Assembly (NCBI GenBank): GCA_035389185.1
Contig: DAOORK010000001.1
Span: 829,881-893,880, forward strand
Direction: 5' to 3'
DNA from: Candidatus Woesebacteria bacterium
GTDB taxonomy: Bacteria; Patescibacteriota; Microgenomatia; UBA1400; MFAQ01
Length of the DNA: 64,000 nucleotides
The translations under genes and the position numbers were made by a program. A model generated the notes under the pieces. It was not told where the DNA came from, did not search any database, and worked only from the letters and a program-made list of their open reading frames with translations. Positions 8,149 through 15,500 of the stretch are shown here, piece after piece (position 1 is the first letter of the stretch; every line of letters begins with the position of its first letter).

Positions 8149-9042
8149 ATGAAACGTGTATGGAATTTAGTTTTCGTTGTTTTGGTGGTTGCCTTGACTC
8201 TAACCGCCTGTACGCCAATGACCAATCGTACACAAAAGAATCTACACTCTAAAGGACAAACACTTCAGGAGTATTCCGAGGCTGTTGGTTTTCACTTTGC
8301 CTCGATGCAGGTGCTGTCTTTTGATGAGAGTGAACAAACTCTGCAGACGGTAATTGATGGTCAGCCGGTTACTTTGAGGTCGTATGGTACCCAGGATTGC
8401 GAATACTACTATCCTTGTAATAATCTTGAGGTTGTTTATATTGGCGATAATCACTTTGTTGAACATATGGGTATGATTGATTTTTATAAAGAGTCCTTGT
8501 TCACTGACGAATTCGTCATTGAAACCAAAGGAGTGGACTGGGTGGTGATGGATTTAGGAGATTATCCTGTCTATGGTCTGGTTATGGTGCCAGCTGATAT
8601 CATGCCCGAGGTGGTTGATGATATTTCGGAATGGAATGACACCAGTACAACATTGTATATCTGGCGATATTCCATGGGTCCGGATAGCATAATTCAAAAT
8701 ATGACAACGGGAGAAATTTTTTACGGAGAAGTGTCTCTGTCAACTTTTGACGATCTCGGGCGTATGGATGTGATCCATCCTGGAACTACCGCGTGGGGTT
8801 ATCTCCATGTTGAAACATATGATGGAGCGAATGGTGAGCCGGAGACACAGTTGTATCTGAGTCAATCGGCTCCTGATCTGCAGACAATGCAAAAGGCTGT
8901 AGATTATTACGTTTCAGAGTATGGATCAACTGCAAACTATGGCCCCGGCTTTGTTTGCTTCTTGTTGCAGTACTATGCCAGGTCTGACTACGACACCGCA
9001 GTTGCCAAACAGTATTGTGGTGTGTATTACGTTGGAAAATAA
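8149..9042 (+). CDS. Lipoprotein, paralog 2
   Basis: GGAGG lies 5 nt before the ATG at 8149, and there is a lipobox LTAC. The motifs MPEVVDDISEWNDT, QNMTTGEIFYG, WGYLHVE and a C-terminal QYCGVYYVGK are conserved. Confidence 0.8.
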   Translation: MKRVWNLVFVVLVVALTLTACTPMTNRTQKNLHSKGQTLQEYSEAVGFHFASMQVLSFDESEQTLQTVIDGQPVTLRSYGTQDCEYYYPCNNLEVVYIGDNHFVEHMGMIDFYKESLFTDEFVIETKGVDWVVMDLGDYPVYGLVMVPADIMPEVVDDISEWNDTSTTLYIWRYSMGPDSIIQNMTTGEIFYGEVSLSTFDDLGRMDVIHPGTTAWGYLHVETYDGANGEPETQLYLSQSAPDLQTMQKAVDYYVSEYGSTANYGPGFVCFLLQYYARSDYDTAVAKQYCGVYYVGK

Positions 9043-9047
9043 TAAAT

Positions 9048-9075
9048 ATCCCCTGGGAAACCGGGGGATTTTTTG
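9048..9075 (+). terminator. Rho-independent terminator (CCCCTGGGAAACCGGGGG plus T-tract)
   Basis: Hairpin plus TTTTTTG. Confidence 0.6.
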
Positions 9076-9107
9076 TATCTAGTTATGTCCTATATGTTTG
9101 ACTTTTG

Positions 9108-9126
9108 GGACTACTTGGAGTAGAAT
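9108..9126 (+). promoter_or_regulatory. Promoter of lipoprotein paralog 3 (TTGACT ... TAGAAT)
   Basis: TTGACTTTTGGGACTACTTGGAGTAGAAT. Confidence 0.45.
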
Positions 9127-9168
9127 ACGGCTATTCGCAAGTTGAAAATTTAATCTATTGGAGGAAAA

Positions 9169-9849
9169 GTGAAGAAAATTTTTGTTGTCGTATTTGCTTT
9201 GATTGTAGCCGTGATGGTCATGACCGCTTGTACCAACAAGACTTCTCAGGAAAACGTCGTTGATATTCCTCAAAAAAATATCATTAGTATGTTTTCAGCT
9301 CAAGCCGTTCTGTATTATCCTGAAGGACGCAACGCCTGGTTCATGGAGTATAACAAGGATTATTTCGAAGTTATAGTTGACGGGGAGCTTATTCACCTGA
9401 TCGATCCTGAAGAAAATTCGTATGTGATCTTGGGTAAGAAAGCGCCTGATGGAATGATTCAGTTTGATTCTCCGATACCACTGCTAGATTTTAGAGATGT
9501 GACTGTCAGAGATGGTATATCTGGGCATCGAGTGTTTTATAGCGGATATGATACCCTGCACGAAGAGAATATGACTTTGGGTATGGTGATAATTGATGGT
9601 GAAGACATGCCAGATTTCGTTTCTGCTCGTTTGTGGGACGCTACTGTAACCAAACTTTGTGTCTGGCAGTACCCTCAAGAATCCTTGGTTATACAGAATC
9701 TTGTTACCGATGAAGTCACCCACGTCTATGATGAAGTGGATATACTAGCCGGTGATGGCACAGTACTTGATCGAGTTGAACAAGGGGAATGTGTCTCAGG
9801 GCTTGTGATTGCTGAAGATGATCGTAAGATCAGTATTGTTGTAGAATAA
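9169..9849 (+). CDS. Lipoprotein, paralog 3 (GTG start)
   Basis: GGAGG RBS and a lipobox MTAC. The motifs MPDFVSARLWDATVTKLCVW and QNLVTDEVT align with paralogs 1, 2 and 4. Confidence 0.75.
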   Translation: MKKIFVVVFALIVAVMVMTACTNKTSQENVVDIPQKNIISMFSAQAVLYYPEGRNAWFMEYNKDYFEVIVDGELIHLIDPEENSYVILGKKAPDGMIQFDSPIPLLDFRDVTVRDGISGHRVFYSGYDTLHEENMTLGMVIIDGEDMPDFVSARLWDATVTKLCVWQYPQESLVIQNLVTDEVTHVYDEVDILAGDGTVLDRVEQGECVSGLVIAEDDRKISIVVE

Positions 9850-9863
9850 CCTACAAGTTTGAA

Positions 9864-9890
9864 TCCCTCGGGAAACCGGGGGATTTTTTG
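9864..9890 (+). terminator. Rho-independent terminator (CCCTCGGGAAACCGGGGGA plus T-tract)
   Basis: Hairpin plus TTTTTTG. Confidence 0.6.
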
Positions 9891-9912
9891 TATCTAGTTA
9901 TGGCCTATATGA

Positions 9913-9941
9913 TTGACTTTTGGGGTGAAATCAGGTATACT
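9913..9941 (+). promoter_or_regulatory. Promoter of lipoprotein paralog 4 (TTGACT-17-TATACT)
   Basis: TTGACT at 9913 and TATACT at 9936. Confidence 0.45.
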
Positions 9942-9989
9942 ATGGCTGTTCGCAGAAATTTAAAATTCTATTGATTCAAGGAGAAAATT

Positions 9990-10688
9990 GTGAAAAAGAG
10001 GTTGGTTGTGTTGTCTGTAATGATCTTGGTTTGTCTGGCCTTATTCGCTTGCAGAAACACGAATGTAATATCAGATGATCAGCCGTTTCCCGAAATGAGC
10101 GTGTATGACATGTTTCAGAAGTATGGCAGAGCGGACGATCTGAACAAAATTCAGTTCGTGAGCGAACCATACAATGAGGCAAATAACTCAGTTCGGGTGT
10201 ATTTTAACGGCCATCCGGTGACCATGAAAGTCAGTCGTGATGCGAGTTATATCGACATGGGCACAGGGATGAGAAGTGATATGGGGAACAGAACATTGGA
10301 TGCAAGAAGTTATACCCTGGGTTTTGAAAATCAACCCGAAGGTACGACGTACTATGTGTTCCTAGGATACGCGGAATATTCGTCCTTCATTTTCATCAAC
10401 TCCAGGGACAATTTGCTGGTTATCGACACGAAGAAGATGCCGGACATTGTGAACCCCAATACTTGGGATGGTACCTGCGCCGAGATTGAGATCTGGACTC
10501 TTCCTGAAAACATCAATATCGTTGAGAATCTGTCTACTAATGAAGTAGTAATTGATGTCAACGTTTTCACCCACAACTCTTCGAGTAATGATGAAGATGA
10601 CGACATGATGGCTCTTGGGAGCATTAACATTGGAAAAATCGATTACGAGAGGGCAGAAGATCGCATTACGATCTACGTACGTAAATAA
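9990..10688 (+). CDS. Lipoprotein, paralog 4 (GTG start)
   Basis: AAGGAG RBS and a lipobox LFAC. The motifs MPDIVNPNTWDGT and ENLSTNEVV are conserved. Confidence 0.75.
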   Translation: MKKRLVVLSVMILVCLALFACRNTNVISDDQPFPEMSVYDMFQKYGRADDLNKIQFVSEPYNEANNSVRVYFNGHPVTMKVSRDASYIDMGTGMRSDMGNRTLDARSYTLGFENQPEGTTYYVFLGYAEYSSFIFINSRDNLLVIDTKKMPDIVNPNTWDGTCAEIEIWTLPENINIVENLSTNEVVIDVNVFTHNSSSNDEDDDMMALGSINIGKIDYERAEDRITIYVRK

Positions 10689-10721
10689 CAACACACCTCG
10701 TCGATATAGACGTTTGAAGTT

Positions 10722-10750
10722 TCCCCCGGGTAAAACCGGGGGATTTTTTG
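10722..10750 (+). terminator. Rho-independent terminator (CCCCCGGGTAAAACCGGGGG plus T-tract)
   Basis: Hairpin plus TTTTTTG after the fourth lipoprotein gene. Confidence 0.6.
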
Positions 10751-10795
10751 GACGAAAAAGTAGCTATACAAGGCTTAAAATGGTACAATGCAGGC

Positions 10796-11866
10796 ATGGT
10801 TGATCAAGTAAAAATTATGGTACGCGGGGGAAACGGCGGAGCAGGAGCTGTATCTTTTCGACGTGAGAAATTTATTCCTAAAGGCGGTCCGGATGGCGGC
10901 GATGGCGGAAAAGGTGGTAACGTTTATCTTGTTACCGACCCCAATTTGTCGACTTTGCAGGATTTTGCCCACAATAAAAAATATGCTGCGGGAGATGGAG
11001 GCAAAGGTCATGGCAAAAAAATGTCCGGACCAAAAGGTGACGACATTATTATCAAAGTTCCGGTGGGTACCTCTATAAAAATGACCCGTTTGGCTTTGGA
11101 AACCGATGAAGAAAAAGATGTCCGTGTTCGTGGAATGAAACTAGGAGTTTTGGGAAAATTATTTCGCCAAGGACATATAGAAGGAGAAACTTGGCAATAT
11201 ATTGATTTGGATAAACCCGATATGAACTTGCGTATTGCTCGAGGGGGTAAAGGAGGACGAGGCAATGTACACTTTAAGGGTTCGAGCAGAACCACACCAA
11301 TGATCGCCGAGGATGGTCAGTTGGGAGAGTCTTTTGAAGTGGAGCTGGAACTGAAACTTTTGGCTGATGTGGGTTTGGTAGGTTTACCAAATGCGGGGAA
11401 ATCAACACTTTTGTCTGTGCTTTCCAATGCCAGACCAAAAGTGGCGGACTATGAATTTACGACCTTGGAACCCAATTTGGGAGTTTTGAAAGAAGGCGAT
11501 AAACATGTGGTAATTGCCGATATTCCCGGACTAATTGAAGGAGCCAGTGAAGGAAAAGGGCTGGGAATTAAATTTCTCAAACACATTGAAAGAACGAAGT
11601 TGTTGGTACATTTGGTGCCAGCAGGAGCTGAGGAACCGACGGGTATTTATTCGAAGTACCAGGCAATAAGAAAAGAGTTGAAGGAGTTTGGTGCCGGTTT
11701 GGAGGATAAAAAAGAAATTGTGATTTTGAGTAAGATTGACCTGATAGAAGAAAAAAAAGTGGCAGAAATTGTAAAGTTTTTTGCCAAGAAGAAAGTGAAA
11801 GTTTTGCCGATATCAGCGGCAACAGGTGAGGGGATAAAACAACTAAAAGGAATGATTATTAGCTAG
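10796..11866 (+). CDS. obg: GTPase Obg/CgtA
   Basis: N-terminal glycine-rich Obg fold (VDQVKIMVRGGNGGAGAVSFRREKFIPKGGPDGGDGGKGGNVYL) followed by a G domain (GLVGLPNAGKSTLL, DIPGLIEGA, NKID-like SKID). The ATG at 10796 lies 6 nt after a TGGTACAAT -10 box, so the mRNA is probably leaderless. Confidence 0.9.
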   Translation: MVDQVKIMVRGGNGGAGAVSFRREKFIPKGGPDGGDGGKGGNVYLVTDPNLSTLQDFAHNKKYAAGDGGKGHGKKMSGPKGDDIIIKVPVGTSIKMTRLALETDEEKDVRVRGMKLGVLGKLFRQGHIEGETWQYIDLDKPDMNLRIARGGKGGRGNVHFKGSSRTTPMIAEDGQLGESFEVELELKLLADVGLVGLPNAGKSTLLSVLSNARPKVADYEFTTLEPNLGVLKEGDKHVVIADIPGLIEGASEGKGLGIKFLKHIERTKLLVHLVPAGAEEPTGIYSKYQAIRKELKEFGAGLEDKKEIVILSKIDLIEEKKVAEIVKFFAKKKVKVLPISAATGEGIKQLKGMIIS

Positions 11867-11867
11867 T

Positions 11868-12545
11868 TTATTGGCAAGCGTTGGCAGGTAGGGAACACCA
11901 AGATGAAGCTTCGGCGGCACTATTTCGGCCGCAATTCACGGTGTCGTAATTGGGAGCACAGCTGCCCGCTTGAATGGGTTTACAAGCGCTGTCAACACAA
12001 CCATAAAATTTGGTGGCCAAACCAAGACCCGAACAACCCTCGATAATTTCTGCGTCGGTCATGTCGGGAGAGCTGACAATAAATAGTCCGGGACAGTAGG
12101 GATTTGAAGTTGATTCGGAAATATATTCATTGTCAGTTGATTGGGAGTCAAAAAAGGAGTCGCTTTCGGCGATGATGGCATATTTGCTGGGACTGGTTGA
12201 ACCTTTGGGAATGAGCCAGATGGTGTACGACCGTTTGGTGGTTGGGTCGCAGGGCATGGATTCGACATATGGACTAAGAACGTCGGAACCACAGGGATAG
12301 GTAAAGTGATCATCGGCGTCTTTGATGGGAAAGCTGGGATAGTTTTCGTGGTCGGCGTAATAACTTTCCATACCTTTTTGAATACGGGAGATATCGGCTT
12401 TGCGGCGAGCATCGTAGGCTTTATGAATTTGGGCGAGAGGATTGACGCCAATTAAAATCATGAGGCCGATGATGACGAGAATGCTGATGACAACAAGGAG
12501 TTCAACAAGTGTGAAACCGGAAAGATGATGTTGTTTTTTAATCAT
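11868..12545 (-). CDS. Type IV pilin / pseudopilin with a prepilin N-methylation signal
   Basis: Class III signal MIKKQHHLSG|FTLVELLVVISILVI, with Gly-1, Phe+1 and Glu+5. The C-terminal region is Cys-rich. Confidence 0.85.
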   Translation of the reverse strand: MIKKQHHLSGFTLVELLVVISILVIIGLMILIGVNPLAQIHKAYDARRKADISRIQKGMESYYADHENYPSFPIKDADDHFTYPCGSDVLSPYVESMPCDPTTKRSYTIWLIPKGSTSPSKYAIIAESDSFFDSQSTDNEYISESTSNPYCPGLFIVSSPDMTDAEIIEGCSGLGLATKFYGCVDSACKPIQAGSCAPNYDTVNCGRNSAAEASSWCSLPANACQ

Positions 12546-12573
12546 TGCTGATTTTATTTTAGCGCTTTTTTGA

Positions 12574-15500
12574 TTAATTGATTTTTACACCTTCCATTTT
12601 TAGACTATCGAAATACAGTGAGCCTGTGCTGGTGTTGGAAGGAGAAGTTGTACACCAGCTAGAGTAGAGAGTGTTGGCTCCGTCAAAGCGGAGAGCACGA
12701 ATAAGGTAGATATAGGTATTGTTTGAAGAAATGGGAGAGTCGACGTACTGGGCGGTGTCGGCGGAAAGTGTCTCTACTAGAGTAGCAAGGTCTCCGTTAA
12801 CAGAACTCCAAATTTGGTAATTATCTTCGTTGGTAGCGTTTTCTGTCCAGTTAATAGTTATGCTGGAGTTATCGGAGGCCTTAACGGTAGTACAAGAAGT
12901 AGGGGCCGAAGGATTTCCTTTGGTGGTGAAGGTTTGGGGCGAAGATTGGGCAGTACTCCAAGTGTTGGTGCCAGCCGGGTCGATGGCATAGGCACGCCAG
13001 TAATAGAGGGTGCCGGGGACGAGGTTGGTTTGAACAGTGTAGGTGGCTTGCGTTCCGGAAGTGTAGGCCGTGGATGACTCGGCATTTTGACTGGTCCAGC
13101 CTGTTTGGGAACTGGTTTGATCAAAGGTTTGACAGTTGACAGTCATAAAGACATTAGTACAAAGATGAATTTTGTAGCGGAGATAATCACTATCGACATC
13201 GGTGGTAGTAATTTGGAAAATAGTTGTCAAAGTGATTTCGGTGGCTGAATTGGCAGGAGCGTCTTGAGTGACAACGTTAGGAGCCTGATTTGTGGTGAAG
13301 GAATATGGTGTTGTTTGGGTGGAACTCCAAGTATTTGATCCGGCCGGATCGATAGCATAGGATTTCCAGTAATAAACGGTGCCAAGATTCAAGGCAGTTT
13401 GTATGGTATAGACTCCCTGAACACCTGATGCGTAGGAGACAGCCGACCAACCGGTGGCGGATACTGTTTGGTCGTATGTTTGACAGTTTGTGGTCATGCC
13501 GGGGTCGGTGCAGATTTTGATTTTGTATTTTATATCGTCACCATCGTTGTCTGTGGCAGTGGTTTTGATGGTGGCGATTAAGGGAACACTGGTCGCAGTA
13601 TCACTGGGGAAATCTAAAGTAGGTATGTTGGGAATCTCGCTGGTGGTAAAGGAGTAGGGTGTTGTTTGAGTAGACGACCAGTTATTGGAACCGGCCGGAT
13701 CGATGGCATATGACCTCCAGTAATAGTCTGTATGGGGATCAAGGGGAGTCTGAAGAGTGTAGACTCCTTGAACACCGGATGCATAAGAGGCGGCGGTCCA
13801 ACCGGTAGCGGAGACCGTTTGATCAAAAGTTTTACAACCGATACTCATAGCTGCATCAGTACAAATAATGATTTTGTATTTGAGAGAATCGGATTCAGTG
13901 TCTGTGGCGGTGGTTTTGAGAACCGCGAGTCGGGTGACATGTGTTGCTGTATCTGCAGGAAAATCGAGAGTAGGGGTATTGGGAGGAACGTTTAAGGTGA
14001 CGCCCCAGTCGTAAAGGGATGGAGCACCAGCGGAGTCGGAGAGATTAGACTTAACATAAAGTATGGGATAAGTCGTAGGATTAAGACCGATCAAACTGAC
14101 GGGAGACGAAGTGAATCCAGTAGAATTACCGGGTAATGCCGAATCGGGGATAATGGTAGGGACGCCGGTTACGTCGTAATAAATTTGATAAGTAATATCG
14201 GTACCAGCCTCATCTGTAAACTCCAATGCGTTCCAGACGGCATTGGTATCAATATTCGCGATGGTGATAGGGGTAGAAGTAATGGTTCCCGTGGCAAATG
14301 GTGTGGCGGTGAAGTTATCAATATAAAAAGTATTGTCAGCGTCAGCATTGACGATGGTAATAATGATTTGGTCGATGGCGTCTTTGTTGGCGTTTGCGAC
14401 CCCGGAAATATCCCAAGTGACAGTTTGAAATGCATTCGCGGACAAAATATTTGGAGTGATTTCGGAAGTAGTACCACCTGAGTCATGGATACTTATCTTG
14501 ATATTACTTCCGGTTCTGGTAGATCTTAAATCGAAACTGATTGAAGAAGAGCCAGAAAGATTTATAGCTGATGAAGGGGTACTAATAAGGTTTTGGTTTA
14601 GTGAGGCAGAAGCAGAGGCGATTCCTTTGAGTGAATAGCTGCCTTGAGTTTTGATCGTGGATTCGGAAAAACTTTGAAGAGCATTTCTAACATATCTAAC
14701 AACGACGATACCTGAACCACCCTGGAAATTGGCACTTGTCTGGCTACCACCTCCACCCATACCGGTATTTGCAGTGCCAGCTCCATTTGGTGAAAGTGAA
14801 CTGCTAGTACCACCAACACTGTAGGTAACAGAGGTTCCGGATACTGAGTAATTAAGGCCAGCACCACCCGTTCCGCTGCCAGCTGATGTACCGACACCTC
14901 CAGCACCTCCACCACCCCCAGCGTACCATCCGGAACCGGCTCCTCCTGCGTTTCCCTGTCCAGTTGTGCCACTACCCCCAGCGAGCCCAGTACCGTTTGC
15001 ACTACCACCTCCACCAGAACCCCCATCTTTTCCGGTTCCACCCGGTGATCCACCTCCACCTCCGCCTATGGCGGATAGGGTATTGAAAACTGAATTACCA
15101 CCGTTGGCACTTGCTGTTTGACCTCCATTACCGACAGTGATGGAGTATCCCGTGGCTGTCACGGCGTGAGATGAGTCGTATATTAGACCTCCGCCACCTC
15201 CACCTCCTGAGTTTGTACCGACACCTCCAGCACCTCCTCCAGCGACAACGAGAGCTTCAACATTTCCAACAAATGCAGGAGTAAAAGTACCGTCAGTAGT
15301 AAAGGAATGAACTTTGTAAACACCGACATTGGAAATCGTACCTCCCGTTCCGGTGATTTCGCTAGCAAGATATGCAGATTGAGCTGAAGAATTTGATGAA
15401 TATTCCATAAGATCAACATTGGATGGTGTAACAGAAACGGTAACGGCATCGGTTACAGCCGAGGAAGTGGCGTTGCCGGTATAAGTGTCGGTCGCAAATT

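Noticed and set aside
12059-12451. 130-aa alternative-frame ORF inside the pilin gene
   Set aside because: The pilin frame has the diagnostic prepilin signal and is the longer ORF.
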